NCBI GenBank assembly: GCA_944392205.1 | Contig: CALXVV010000012.1 | Span: 403-64,402 of the forward strand | Length of the DNA stretch: 64,000 bases | Direction of reading: 5' to 3' | DNA from: an uncultured Alphaproteobacteria bacterium | Lineage (GTDB): Bacteria; Pseudomonadota; Alphaproteobacteria; RF32; CAG-239 | Shown here: positions 54,006-64,000 of the stretch, piece after piece | Layout: each line of letters opens with the position of its first letter | Numbering within the stretch: position 1 is the first letter of the stretch | Program-made: the position numbers and the translations under genes | Notes under the pieces: model-generated | What the model saw: the letters and a program-made list of their open reading frames with translations, nothing else | Databases searched by the model: none | Told to the model about the DNA's origin: nothing

Positions 54006-55130
54006 TCATTCCTTAATTGTAAACAACGCAACCAACTCGCTGTGGTCAGAATACACAAATTGGTCCACCATGGTAATGGAATCAAGCCCATAGCCCGCCT
54101 CTAACAACTTTTTTGCATCGTTTGCAAAAGTCGCCGGATTGCAGGAGATGGCTATAATCTTCTTTGGTCTTGCCTTGCACAACATCGCCACCTGAGCTGC
54201 GGCTCCTGCCCTTGGCGGATCAAAGACAACCACGTCGGCCCCGTTCAACTCTTTTTCATCTAATGGATATTTGAACAAGTTGCGTGCCAAAACCTCAACA
54301 TTGCTGATTTGGTTGCGATTGAGCGAATCCTTGAAACCTTTTAACAGCTCCTCAGACGAATCCACTGCCGTAATTTTATTTTCTTTATTTTCCGCCAAGA
54401 TATAGGAAAATGTTCCAACCCCGCAGAAAAGGTCAAAAATTTTACCACGGCTATCACCTAAATATTTCTTCACTATTGATGTGAGAGCCTCTTCTCCTTC
54501 TTTGGATGGCTGCAAAAAGGTGCCGGCCGGAATAAAGACACCAAACTTGCCGATTTTTATATAAGGTTTGGCTTTTTCAATTATCGGCTCGGCCGAATCT
54601 GATGTTCTGCGACGGTGGGATACTCTGATGATTTCATCTGCTTGGGAAATTTTTTCAAAAATTATCATCCGATGATTTAATTCCAACGGCGCATCGTACT
54701 CTAAAACCACGTCAACACCGTTTGCCGCCTCGCAGAGCCAGACATCACCGCCGACAATATATTGATTGATGATTTTTTTGCCTTTTTTCATCTGATAGGG
54801 TTCAGCACAAACCTCTTGTAAAAGCCCTCTTAAAATCGGTAATACTTTATTGAGTTTTGGCGTGAGTAACGGGCAATATTTGACATCGGCTATTTCTGTA
54901 CTCGCCTTGGCATTAAAACCGAATACCAGTTTGCCTTTGTGGTGCTTAAAAGTCATTGCCGCCCGTCTTCTGGTATTATCAGGAATAAAAATCGGGGACT
55001 CCCAAGGCAATTCTGCCGGTAGAGATGAAAGTATCTTTTTTACCTTGCCGAACTTTTCTTCCCTGTATTCTTCTTGCTCCTGCCCGCGCTTGGGACAGCC
55101 GCCGCAAATTGCCTCTAAAGCACAATCCAT
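54006..55130 (-). CDS. Class I SAM-dependent RNA (uracil-5-)methyltransferase, TrmA/RlmD family
   Basis: DLFCGVGTFS (SAM motif I), VVFDPPRAG and ISCNPATF (catalytic Cys). The N-terminal region has an incomplete Cys cluster (C...CGGC). Confidence 0.8.
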   Translation of the reverse strand: MDCALEAICGGCPKRGQEQEEYREEKFGKVKKILSSLPAELPWESPIFIPDNTRRRAAMTFKHHKGKLVFGFNAKASTEIADVKYCPLLTPKLNKVLPILRGLLQEVCAEPYQMKKGKKIINQYIVGGDVWLCEAANGVDVVLEYDAPLELNHRMIIFEKISQADEIIRVSHRRRTSDSAEPIIEKAKPYIKIGKFGVFIPAGTFLQPSKEGEEALTSIVKKYLGDSRGKIFDLFCGVGTFSYILAENKENKITAVDSSEELLKGFKDSLNRNQISNVEVLARNLFKYPLDEKELNGADVVVFDPPRAGAAAQVAMLCKARPKKIIAISCNPATFANDAKKLLEAGYGLDSITMVDQFVYSDHSELVALFTIKE

Positions 55131-56863
55131 TATTTGCTTTCTTTCTTGTTTGATGGTTCTTCTATTTGGGTATCTTCATTTGAGATTTGGCCTGCCTCAA
55201 CCCCGTCCAACAGCGATATTTCCTCGCTATTTTCCTTGTCAAACACAGGATGATGATTCTGGCTCTCATCTTTGTGTTCCGCTTGGCCGGAAGCCATGAA
55301 GTCTTCCATATCTTCTTTCTTGAAAACTTCTACCCGATTACGGCCATTTTGTTTGGCTTTATAAAGGGCCTCATCTGCCGTTTTTATCAGAGTATCAACA
55401 TTATCCGAAATATCTGAAGATGAAACACCGATTGAAACGCTGAAGGTAACCGGTAACTTGTTGTCCGAATATACAACCTGTTTGGAGATGCTTTCACGCA
55501 GCCTGTCAGCAACAACCTTGCCCTGCTCGGCATGAATGCCGGGCAAAAAGACCACAAACTCCTCTCCGCCATAGCGGGCAACAATATCGTTGTCACGCAG
55601 AGCTCTTTCTGCCGTTGAGGCAAGCTCGATTAAGACCTTATCACCGACTTTATGACCGTAGGTATCATTGACTTTCTTAAAATGGTCAGCATCAAGCATT
55701 AACACCGTGTAAGGCTGGCCTTGTGCCTTTGCCTCTAAAATTCTCTTATTTACCTCGTCTTCAAAATAGCGGCGGTTGTAAAGTGCTGTCAGAGGATCTC
55801 GAATCGCCTGATTTTTTAGCAAAGCCTCTCTGTTTTTACGAGAGGTGATGTCTTGGAATGCTGCGTACAAGGCAACATCATAATTATAATCTATGATGTT
55901 TACCGAGGCCAACAGCCAGAAAGGGGTATCTGACAATGGTGTTTTTACCAAAACCTCAAAATCTTGTACTTCTCTTTCGTTCTCTAACCGCTCGGTTAGT
56001 AACTGACGATTATCCGAATCGGCAAAAAAGTCTTTGAGGCGATACCTTTCAATCTCTCTTGGGTTAATTCCAAAAAGCTTAACGGCATTATTGTTGGCTA
56101 AAATAATTCTGTCATCACCTACTCTGGAAATGATAATCGGAAAAGGAGACAGCCTTATTATTTCTTCAATCTTTTGATTGTATTTGTCTATTTCTTTGGC
56201 CGATTTTCCCAAGCGTTGGTTGAGTGCATCCACTTTCATCATCACTGCAGACAAAGACAATAAGATGTAAAACAGTGCTGAACCGTACCAAAGATTAGCA
56301 ATGCCTTCCGTGAAGAAGCCACAATATTTACAAACAAGCATAATAACTACTGCAGAGGAAAGCATTGCAGATAACATTGAACCACTCTTAAATTCTCTAT
56401 TGCTTTGGGACCAAAAACCCGCTGCCAAACAAGCAAAGCCCGCTAAGGGGAATATTTGCCGCATCTGATTTACCACATTGCCGTCAGGGATGATGTACAC
56501 AAATAATGAAACTGCTAAAATACCTAATACGCCCAGCCCTACAACAATCCAATTTAGTAAAATGCCGTTAACCATCAGGCGGATGGCTGCCAACGCCAAG
56601 AATATCATTGCCGACAACGATAGCAAAAGCTCTAAAAATACGTAGCCATCGATGTCTTTGCCGCCAGCATATGCAGTGGCTCCGCTATAGGCGGCTCCAT
56701 TGGCACCAAAATCCAGCACTAAGCCGATAAATAAAAACCACAACGGCGTAAAAAGTTTATCTTGACCGGCTGTGGCATACATACTGGCAAAAAACAAAAT
56801 ACCTAAAGCCAGTAAAGTAATAAGAAAATATTGTGATTGTGCAAAAACTTCAATACTGCCCAT
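55130..56863 (-). CDS. Membrane-anchored PAS-GGDEF diguanylate cyclase
   Basis: About 7 N-terminal helices and a PAS-like region. The GGDEF domain has RYGGEEF and upstream DADHFKKVND. The tail is acidic. Confidence 0.88.
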   Translation of the reverse strand: MGSIEVFAQSQYFLITLLALGILFFASMYATAGQDKLFTPLWFLFIGLVLDFGANGAAYSGATAYAGGKDIDGYVFLELLLSLSAMIFLALAAIRLMVNGILLNWIVVGLGVLGILAVSLFVYIIPDGNVVNQMRQIFPLAGFACLAAGFWSQSNREFKSGSMLSAMLSSAVVIMLVCKYCGFFTEGIANLWYGSALFYILLSLSAVMMKVDALNQRLGKSAKEIDKYNQKIEEIIRLSPFPIIISRVGDDRIILANNNAVKLFGINPREIERYRLKDFFADSDNRQLLTERLENEREVQDFEVLVKTPLSDTPFWLLASVNIIDYNYDVALYAAFQDITSRKNREALLKNQAIRDPLTALYNRRYFEDEVNKRILEAKAQGQPYTVLMLDADHFKKVNDTYGHKVGDKVLIELASTAERALRDNDIVARYGGEEFVVFLPGIHAEQGKVVADRLRESISKQVVYSDNKLPVTFSVSIGVSSSDISDNVDTLIKTADEALYKAKQNGRNRVEVFKKEDMEDFMASGQAEHKDESQNHHPVFDKENSEEISLLDGVEAGQISNEDTQIEEPSNKKESK

Positions 56864-57007
56864 CTTGCGGCTCTCCTTAACTTTCTAATTTGTTGCCAGT
56901 TTAGATAAAGTTTATTAAAATAAATTAAAAAATTGATGATTATTTAATCCTTTTGGGATACCATGAGCGTATTAAAGCGCTTGTAACAAGTATGTGAGGA
57001 ATGTTTA

Positions 57008-58189
57008 ATGAATAATCCTGCTGCAAATCACTATAGTCACAAACTGGAATTTAATTTGAGCAAATTGCCTGCCAAGATATCTGATCGGACCAGCTGGCGT
57101 TTCTTGCTGCCCGGAATTGTTTTCGGGGCCTTGCTCTTTTTGTTGGGACTTTATGAATTGCTTAACGGCTTTGGCTACACAAACCCTAATGTGGCAGAAA
57201 TTATTCCTCTGGAGGCTATGCCAACCTACAAGCCAATATTTAGCCCCGTTTTCTTTGATGTTATTTTTATTGTTTTGGGCTTTGGTATTATTGCCGCCAG
57301 CATATGCTCTTATATCCGTTATCGGAAATTTATTTTTGACGGCAAAACCATGATGATTGGCAATAGGCCCGTGTTCGGCAAAAAACGAATCGTCAAGGAA
57401 AATATCAAAAACTACCTCGGTGTGCGGTTTAGAGTTGCTTTTTACCAATCGGGGCTTATTAATTCCAATAAATATATCATCGAGCTTTATCATAAGGATC
57501 CTAAAAAAATCGTGCCGTTGTACATCTCTACCTCACCCGAAAATGTGCGGAAAAAATGGAAAGAATATGCCAGATTTTTTAAATTGCCGGCTATGATTAA
57601 TACTGATGAAGGCCTCCAGTCCAGAGACCTCAAAAATTTGGACAAATCCATCAAAGAAATGGCCAAGCTTGGGTTTGTGGTCGATGATTATGATGCTTAT
57701 GAGCCCTTGCCCAGCGGAATTTGTTTTGCCAGACGCAAGGATAAAATTGTTTTGAAAGCTCGCAAAATCGTGTGGGATGCTTATAATTTCATTGCCTGGT
57801 TTATCATCATTGTTGTCGGCCTCGGACTTGTCGGCATGTCTCTTAATCCCAATGCTTATCATTCTGAGTTGGCCATTCCTTTTTATGCTTTGGTCGGATT
57901 GATGGCGCTTATTCTTGTAGCTGCTGTTTTTGTGCTTTTCCGCAAGGAAAAACTCGTCTTGAAAAAACATAAAATCGTTCATACCCACAAGTATATGATG
58001 TTTTCAACCAAGCACAACGAAATTAACAAGGATGAAATTGAGGCTATAGAAGTTACCCAAAACCCTGCCAGCGGACGCTTCTTTGTTTCTATCATCTCGG
58101 ATAACAAAACCGTTGCTTTTGGTGCTAAGCTGCCAATAAAAACCCTACAGTGGATTAAACGGTTTCTTATCCATGATGTTATCAGATAA
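57008..58189 (+). CDS. Membrane protein with an internally duplicated architecture, unknown function
   Basis: 393 aa. It is built from two units, each a pair of transmembrane helices followed by a soluble beta-rich segment. Confidence 0.6.
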   Translation: MNNPAANHYSHKLEFNLSKLPAKISDRTSWRFLLPGIVFGALLFLLGLYELLNGFGYTNPNVAEIIPLEAMPTYKPIFSPVFFDVIFIVLGFGIIAASICSYIRYRKFIFDGKTMMIGNRPVFGKKRIVKENIKNYLGVRFRVAFYQSGLINSNKYIIELYHKDPKKIVPLYISTSPENVRKKWKEYARFFKLPAMINTDEGLQSRDLKNLDKSIKEMAKLGFVVDDYDAYEPLPSGICFARRKDKIVLKARKIVWDAYNFIAWFIIIVVGLGLVGMSLNPNAYHSELAIPFYALVGLMALILVAAVFVLFRKEKLVLKKHKIVHTHKYMMFSTKHNEINKDEIEAIEVTQNPASGRFFVSIISDNKTVAFGAKLPIKTLQWIKRFLIHDVIR

Positions 58190-58260
58190 ATTTCGTTTGC
58201 TATTTTTTCATTAGCTTATATATTAACTAGAAAGATTGTGCTGTTTTTAGGAGATACCAG

Positions 58261-58950
58261 ATGATTAAAAAAGCCAAAAAAGAAAAAGATATTCTTGAGC
58301 ATGACCCTTTGTTAAAGGAAATTTCTGATGATGTCAAAAATGATCAGATGAAAATTCTGTGGGATAAATACGGATTATATGTCATCATCTTTGTTGCTTT
58401 GGCTTTAACTCTTGCCGTAAGCTTTGAGACTTTTAAGAATTGGGCAGATAAGCGCAACCAAGAAATCTCCAATGCATACGCCGTGGCAATTTCTCTCCAA
58501 AGCCAGGGGAAACTTGATGAAAGCCTAGATCTTTTTCAAGTGATTGCCAAACGCTCCGGCTTGTATGCCGATATTGCCAAATTGCAAATTGCAAACATCT
58601 ACTTTGAACAAAATAAGCCTGAAGAGGCCGTTAAAATGTTGGAGCTGCTGGTTGACGAGGCTGAAAGCATCCAAATGCAGGAAATTGCCTCACTCAAACT
58701 GGCCGCTTATAAAATTGACGCCAATGCTCCGGCTGAAGAGGTCCAGGAGATTTTGCTGCCGTTGACCCAGCAAGAAAACGGAAGCTATAACGTGGCCAGA
58801 GAACTCTTGGCCATGCTTGCCATTCGCGACGGCAAGTTGGATGAGGCAAAAAAAGAATATGAGCAAATCATTGCCTCGGCTTCAAGCTCCGATGAGCTGA
58901 AATCTCGCGCTCAGGATATGATTACAATTATCGATGACCAAAATAAATAA
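58261..58950 (+). CDS. YfgM-like TPR-type membrane-anchored protein
   Basis: Single N-terminal transmembrane helix and a helical-repeat periplasmic part. It occupies the conserved position upstream of bamB and der. Confidence 0.7.
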   Translation: MIKKAKKEKDILEHDPLLKEISDDVKNDQMKILWDKYGLYVIIFVALALTLAVSFETFKNWADKRNQEISNAYAVAISLQSQGKLDESLDLFQVIAKRSGLYADIAKLQIANIYFEQNKPEEAVKMLELLVDEAESIQMQEIASLKLAAYKIDANAPAEEVQEILLPLTQQENGSYNVARELLAMLAIRDGKLDEAKKEYEQIIASASSSDELKSRAQDMITIIDDQNK

Positions 58951-58965
58951 CGGAGTTTTGTATCC

Positions 58966-60300
58966 ATGAAGGTTTGCCAGTGTTCCAAATTTGCTCTCTT
59001 TGCAACGTCTTTTTTGATGCTTTCCGGTTGCGGATTGTTTGGTAAAGAGCCTCTCAATATTGAGGGGACGAGAATCGACGTCATCAGAGAAGATGCATCT
59101 TTGGCCCCTGACTATGCTCCGGGAGAAGTGAAAATCAAATTGCCCGCACCCTACGTTAATCCAAAGTGGACGCAAAACGGCGGAAACTCCATGCACCTGA
59201 TGGGGCATTTGCAGGCAGATGCAAAACTCAAAGAGGTTTGGAGCGAGGGGTTTGGCGAGGGAAGCTCCAAACGCGACTATCTGATTGCCTCACCGATTAT
59301 TGCCTATAATGTGGTTTTTGCTATTGATGCCGATGGCGTGGTTTCCGCCAGGCGCTTGGATGACGGCAACCAAATTTGGGAAAAGCGTCTAAAGTCAAAA
59401 AACAAGGCTGACCGAGGATCCTCTCTCAAGGGCGCCGGAATTGCCGAGTTTAATAAAAAAATTTATGCCACCACCGGCTTTGGCAGTGTTTTTTGCTTGG
59501 ATATGCTAACCGGCAAACAAATTTGGCGCCAGGATATGGATATGCCTTTGCGCATTGCTCCAACCGTTAATGCCGGTAGAGTTTTGGTACAAAGTTTTGA
59601 CAATACCCTAACTGCTCTTGATGCCGAAAGCGGCGAGATTTTGTGGAAAAATCAAACAGACTATGAGGCTACGACCTTGGTCGGCGGAGCTTCGCCCGCT
59701 TATAGTCCGGAGATGGATGTGGTGATTGCGGCTTTTTCAAACGGCGAGCTCAGAGCCTTTAAGGCCAGTACCGGCACGCCTTTGTGGGTTGATATGCTTG
59801 TCTCTCACAAACGCACAAACTCCCTTGCCGCCATATCCGCCATCAAGGCAAATCCTGTGATTGACGGAGACAAGGTTTTTGCCATTGGCTACAACAGTGT
59901 ATTGACAGCTATTGATTTGAGAACAGGTGCCAGAATCTGGGAAAGAGAAATGGGCGGCACCAACCAGCCTTGGGTGGCCGGAGACTATCTCTATGTTTTG
60001 ACCAATGATTTTGACTTGATTGCTCTTAATAAACAAAATGGCAAAATTGTTTGGAACACTGCCATCCCCAAGGGCGATGATTATGATGAGAAAAACGGCG
60101 TTTTTGCCAGTGGCCCGATTTTGGCTGACAACCGCTTGATTGTCACTTCCTCAAACGGATATATCTTTGCCGTTTCTCCTTATACGGGAGAGATTTTGAG
60201 CTATGTCTCTGCTGATGAGGGCATTGAGCTTCCTCCGGTTATGGCTGCAGGAACAACCTTGTTTACCACCAATGACGCCGAAATGCTTGCTTATAAGTAG
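58966..60300 (+). CDS. bamB: Outer membrane protein assembly factor BamB-like (PQQ-like beta-propeller lipoprotein)
   Basis: Lipobox (LMLSGC) and repeated ...G..W...... beta-propeller blades. It shows synteny with der. Confidence 0.8.
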   Translation: MKVCQCSKFALFATSFLMLSGCGLFGKEPLNIEGTRIDVIREDASLAPDYAPGEVKIKLPAPYVNPKWTQNGGNSMHLMGHLQADAKLKEVWSEGFGEGSSKRDYLIASPIIAYNVVFAIDADGVVSARRLDDGNQIWEKRLKSKNKADRGSSLKGAGIAEFNKKIYATTGFGSVFCLDMLTGKQIWRQDMDMPLRIAPTVNAGRVLVQSFDNTLTALDAESGEILWKNQTDYEATTLVGGASPAYSPEMDVVIAAFSNGELRAFKASTGTPLWVDMLVSHKRTNSLAAISAIKANPVIDGDKVFAIGYNSVLTAIDLRTGARIWEREMGGTNQPWVAGDYLYVLTNDFDLIALNKQNGKIVWNTAIPKGDDYDEKNGVFASGPILADNRLIVTSSNGYIFAVSPYTGEILSYVSADEGIELPPVMAAGTTLFTTNDAEMLAYK

Positions 60301-60311
60301 GATTAGAGATT

Positions 60312-61670
60312 ATGGTTTTGAAAGTTGCAATTATCGGACGTCCGAATGTTGGAAAATCTACCTTATTTAACCGCCTTGTGGGGCGCAAAGTTGCAATTGT
60401 GCATGACAAACCCGGTGTTACTCGTGACCGCAGAGAGGCTGAAGCCAAGCTAAACGACCTCAGGTTTTTGGTGGTTGACACGGCCGGTTATGAGTACTCC
60501 AAACAAGATTCTTTGGAAAAGCGGATGTGGGAGCAAACACACCGCGCTATTGAAGAGGCCGATGTCACCTTGTTTTTGTTTGATGCCAGAGACGGCCTGC
60601 AGCCTTATGATGAACATTTGGCGCAACTTGTGAGAGTGAGCGGTAAACCTGTGATTTTGCTAGCCAATAAGTGTGAAGGTAAGCTCCAAGAAGACAGTAT
60701 TCATGAGGCTTATAAACTAGGTCTTGGGGAACCAATCCCCTTTTCTGCCGAGCACGGGCTTGGGCTTTTGGATTTGTATGACGCCCTCAAAGAGGAGGCT
60801 GAAAAGCTCCCCGAAGATGAGCCTGATGAAGAATTTGATGAAGAAACAAAAAATGAAAGACCTATTCAACTGGCTATTGTCGGGCGGCCGAATGTCGGAA
60901 AATCTACTTTGGTTAATGCTTTGCTCAATGATGAGCGGATGTTGACCGGGCCGGAAGCGGGCGTAACCAGAGATGCTATCACCACAGCCTGGACCTATAT
61001 GGGGCGCAAGATTAATTTGGTGGACACTGCCGGATTGCGCCGCCAATCACGTGTTTCTGATTCTTTGGAAAAAATGTCTGCCGCCAGCACCAAGCATGCA
61101 GCCTTTATGGCACAAGTGGTAATCTTGGTCTTGGATGCCGATGCGGTTCTAGACAAACAAGATTTGACTATTGCTCGCCAGGTTTTGGAAGAAGGGCGCG
61201 CTTTGGTAATTGCCGTCAACAAATGGGATATTGCCAACCGCAAAGAGGCTTTGCAGCGCTTAAACGACAAACTGCAAACCTCTTTGGCGCAAGCAGAAGG
61301 TGTGCCCACCGTTACCATATCGGCTCTAAAAAAGGAAAATTTAGATAAGCTTATGCGGGCGGTTTTCAAGGTTTATGACCGTTGGAATATCCGTATTCCC
61401 ACTGCGCCGTTGAACCAGTGGTTTGCGGATATGATTGATAAATATCCGCCTCCGCTTGGTAAAAACAAACGCAGAATCAAGCTTCGCTATATCACTCAGG
61501 CCAAGACTAGGCCTCCGTCATTTTATATTTTCTCCAGCAATCCGGAGGGACTGCCTGATGCCTACCTTGCGTATTTGACCAACCAATTGCGGGAGGCTTT
61601 TGATATGCGTGGAATTCCCATCAGAATCACAGTGCGTAAGACCAAAAACCCCTATGCGGATAAGAAATAA
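60312..61670 (+). CDS. der: Ribosome biogenesis GTPase Der (EngA)
   Basis: Two G domains (GRPNVGKSTLFNRL, DTAG, NKCE; GRPNVGKSTLVNAL, DTAG, NKWD) and a KH-like C-terminus. Confidence 0.95.
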   Translation: MVLKVAIIGRPNVGKSTLFNRLVGRKVAIVHDKPGVTRDRREAEAKLNDLRFLVVDTAGYEYSKQDSLEKRMWEQTHRAIEEADVTLFLFDARDGLQPYDEHLAQLVRVSGKPVILLANKCEGKLQEDSIHEAYKLGLGEPIPFSAEHGLGLLDLYDALKEEAEKLPEDEPDEEFDEETKNERPIQLAIVGRPNVGKSTLVNALLNDERMLTGPEAGVTRDAITTAWTYMGRKINLVDTAGLRRQSRVSDSLEKMSAASTKHAAFMAQVVILVLDADAVLDKQDLTIARQVLEEGRALVIAVNKWDIANRKEALQRLNDKLQTSLAQAEGVPTVTISALKKENLDKLMRAVFKVYDRWNIRIPTAPLNQWFADMIDKYPPPLGKNKRRIKLRYITQAKTRPPSFYIFSSNPEGLPDAYLAYLTNQLREAFDMRGIPIRITVRKTKNPYADKK

Positions 61671-61696
61671 GATTTGGCTTTTTCACTTTAGAAATG

Positions 61697-63259
61697 TTAA
61701 TATAGGTTTAAGTATTCGACATCAAACCCAAGTTCTTCAAAGGTTGAACGAATTTGAGACATGACGCTTTCTCTTTTTGCCTCATATTCTGTTGGAGTAA
61801 TTGCTGTATATGGTGGAATCATATCTTTGAAAGTTGAATCATCTTTTGTACTTATATAGAATGTTCCTTTTGTTATGGGGCTTGAACCATATACTCTTAA
61901 TGATGGTATGTTTCCTTCGTCTCGACTGAAGAAGAAGCCTCCATTTACAACTTCTCCAGAATCAAAAACTAAGAGTCGCCCAATAAACGTTCCGCCATTT
62001 ATTGTCCCAAAAAGTTTATTCTGAAATCCTTCAAAAATAAAGTTTCCACCATTAATTGTCCCATTAAGTGAATGATCTATTAGAAAATTACCGTCATTAA
62101 TTACCGTTTTGTAAAATCTTATCTGTCCATTCCTTATGACAACATTGGTAGCATTTAAGATTTTCTCTCCACTTCCATCAAACTCTATTGCGTATCCTAA
62201 CCCTCCCTCTCCCTCTATAATGACATTATCTAATGTTACATTTATGTTTGATGATGTATTAACAGACAATAATACTGTATCTTTCTTTGAACAGTAGTTT
62301 CTTTTATGAATTCTTATATCTTTTAGCATGGCCCCCGAATTTAATCCTATTAGGCTGTTTTGTGTTGAAAAACAATCAGAATCTATTATTCCGTCAATCT
62401 CACTGCCATTTTTGCCTTGTAACACCTTGTTGCGAGCGACAGAAATAGTGGTTCCGTACCCTAAATATAAACTTTTGCTAATCGTGATATTATCCGCGAT
62501 ATAAATTTTTTGACATTTTTTAGAGCCTACATTTATTAACTCTTCTTCGGTAAACACATCAATAGTCGTATTGTCGCATCCTGTTTTTTTATATTTTGTC
62601 GCTGTTTCTCCGCAGCCCGGTGTGCAGCTCTCACAAGTATAGCCTGATGGGCAAGAGCTTAATGCATAATCCGAGCAATCATTAGGTACGCAGGTTTTGC
62701 CGACTTCGCACTTGCTCGGACATTCACTATAGTACTTTTCACAACCCAAGTCGGTTTCGTTATCTGTTAACCCTTCGCAGGGGTTTACACATTCAGCATA
62801 ATGTTTGCCGTTCTCATCAGAACAGGAGGCGCCACTTAGAGTGTAGGCACAAGAGGATGAGGTATGAGGATATAAACTTGTGTCACAGATGCATGTGGTG
62901 TAGTATTCTCCTGCACAAGAAGAACCACCAGGTATCTTTCCCTCTAAGCGGCATGAAGCTTCGGTTTCATCATAAGAGGATGGGCAGTGACAATTTCCAT
63001 AACAGGTCAGATGCATGATTTGTCTTTTGGTATCACACGTCATACCGGCCTCAATTTCTGAGGCTGGAATCAAACCATAGTTTTGGCATTTAACTACTTG
63101 AGGTTTGTTGGTTGAACCTTGCTCATTATTGTTTACTCGATGAGAGTAAAGTTGTCTTTGCTGATAATCCGGCAGTAGCCAAACCTTAGCTGAGGCGACT
63201 GATGCAATACCACACAGCATAATAACTCCAGCAAGGCAAACACAAACAGACCTAATCAT
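61697..63259 (-). CDS. Secreted cysteine-rich protein with a C-terminal NGG.F-repeat (beta-helix-like) region
   Basis: I start at the ATG at 63259 (MIRSVCVCLAGVIMLCGIASVASA signal peptide), with GGGAG upstream. There are 23 Cys within ~175 residues. The later repeats are INGGNFIFEGF, INGGTFIGRL and VNGGFFFSRD. Confidence 0.7.
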   Translation of the reverse strand: MIRSVCVCLAGVIMLCGIASVASAKVWLLPDYQQRQLYSHRVNNNEQGSTNKPQVVKCQNYGLIPASEIEAGMTCDTKRQIMHLTCYGNCHCPSSYDETEASCRLEGKIPGGSSCAGEYYTTCICDTSLYPHTSSSCAYTLSGASCSDENGKHYAECVNPCEGLTDNETDLGCEKYYSECPSKCEVGKTCVPNDCSDYALSSCPSGYTCESCTPGCGETATKYKKTGCDNTTIDVFTEEELINVGSKKCQKIYIADNITISKSLYLGYGTTISVARNKVLQGKNGSEIDGIIDSDCFSTQNSLIGLNSGAMLKDIRIHKRNYCSKKDTVLLSVNTSSNINVTLDNVIIEGEGGLGYAIEFDGSGEKILNATNVVIRNGQIRFYKTVINDGNFLIDHSLNGTINGGNFIFEGFQNKLFGTINGGTFIGRLLVFDSGEVVNGGFFFSRDEGNIPSLRVYGSSPITKGTFYISTKDDSTFKDMIPPYTAITPTEYEAKRESVMSQIRSTFEELGFDVEYLNLY

Positions 63260-63351
63260 CTGTACCACTCCCTGAGATAAAACCTTACCTTTTAGAGTAA
63301 TACTTATTTCATTACTTGTCAATGTGCAATAAATTACTCTAGACAAATTTA

Positions 63352-63380
63352 ACCCCCGCTTCTGTAAAAAAGCGGGGGTA
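63352..63380 (-). terminator. Probable intrinsic terminator downstream of the 199-aa gene
   Basis: ACCCCCGCT-TCTGTAAAAA-AGCGGGGGT hairpin. Confidence 0.6.
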
Positions 63381-63394
63381 TCGTTTTGAACTTG

Positions 63395-63994
63395 TTATTT
63401 TTGAATTATTTCCATATCTCGGATTTCTACTGCGGCCGGGTTATCAGGATATCCCATCAGCTCCACTGAGAAATTTAATGGGCTATCGCTTATTTGCATA
63501 TTGATGGCTTCTTCCTCGTTCACCTTTAGGCTCAACTCTGAGCCTTTTTTAGACAGCTCAAAGCTATAATAAACATCCGGCTTAATCAGGGGTCCGTCTT
63601 TTTCCAATACTGCGACCTTGTTTTTTAGCAATCTCAGTTTGTTCTTTTGAGCCAAAATTTTCATCTCGACATCATAAACATTTCGGCCTTTACCAAAAGC
63701 AAAACGGATATCTGCCCGCTTGGTGAGGCTCAACATTTGAAAACGTAAAGTGAAGTTACCTTTTAACTCCTCGGGACAATTCAAAACCAGGCCGGTGGAG
63801 CCTATGGCTTCTTGGACATAGAACTCATCTTCTCTTATCTCGAATATCGTGTTTTCCTGATTTTCAATCCATGAAGATAAGCTTTGCGGCGTGATAGCCT
63901 CATCTCTCTCTTTTGTGGAAGTTGTGTACCATATACCGGTACCTAACGCCCCTAGGACCACAAGCGCAACCAGCAAAAACACGTATTTCTTCAT
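63395..63994 (-). CDS. Hypothetical membrane-anchored beta-rich protein
   Basis: 199 aa with an N-terminal helix (MKKYVFLLVALVVLGALGTGIWY). No family recognised. Confidence 0.65.
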   Translation of the reverse strand: MKKYVFLLVALVVLGALGTGIWYTTSTKERDEAITPQSLSSWIENQENTIFEIREDEFYVQEAIGSTGLVLNCPEELKGNFTLRFQMLSLTKRADIRFAFGKGRNVYDVEMKILAQKNKLRLLKNKVAVLEKDGPLIKPDVYYSFELSKKGSELSLKVNEEEAINMQISDSPLNFSVELMGYPDNPAAVEIRDMEIIQK

Positions 63995-64000
63995 TTTTTC

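Overview
The window looks like chromosomal DNA from an alphaproteobacterium. Evidence for that: an FlbT fragment at the left edge, secB/Tim44-like/mltA/smr synteny, YfgM-like/bamB/der synteny, and roughly mid-40s %GC by eye. All homology calls are from my memory of protein families; nothing was searched.

Most of the window is a dense housekeeping backbone: ABC-F ATPase, tcdA, tatD, alr, type-2-like ileS, anmK, tyrS, a batA/batB/batD aerotolerance-type operon, secB, mltA, an msbA-like ABC exporter, dtd, tgt, phoB-like regulator, rpe, ferritin-like protein, class II fba, tkt, an RNA methyltransferase, a PAS-GGDEF cyclase, bamB and der. I saw no rRNA, tRNA, CRISPR array, transposase or integrase.

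The non-backbone content is where the interest lies:
1. A module occurs three times, at about 24.5, 28.9 and 41.5 kb. It is an identical 42-nt promoter block, then a ~160-nt structured leader RNA whose helices covary between copies, then an intrinsic terminator, then a small ORF about 20 nt further on. Two of the small ORFs are paralogs that differ only at synonymous sites. I cannot assign the RNA to any known class.
2. Each module is preceded by mosaic palindromic (REP/RPE-like) repeat clusters. These clusters also supply the C-terminal codons and stop codon of two conserved genes.
3. One repeat copy is broken by a ~1.8 kb cargo. The cargo encodes a serum-amyloid-A-like domain protein and a polytopic Cys-tailed membrane protein, behind a promoter followed by two tandem terminators.
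4. An orphan MuF-core plus T4-lysozyme-like fusion protein converges on a recently duplicated array of small exported proteins, inserted between fba and tkt. This resembles a polymorphic toxin with an immunity array.
5. Other items: a 1158-aa protein with a central hydrophobic block, a 520-aa cysteine-rich secreted protein, a peptidase-C26/VanX-type dipeptidase fusion, and a GC-rich orphan ORF.
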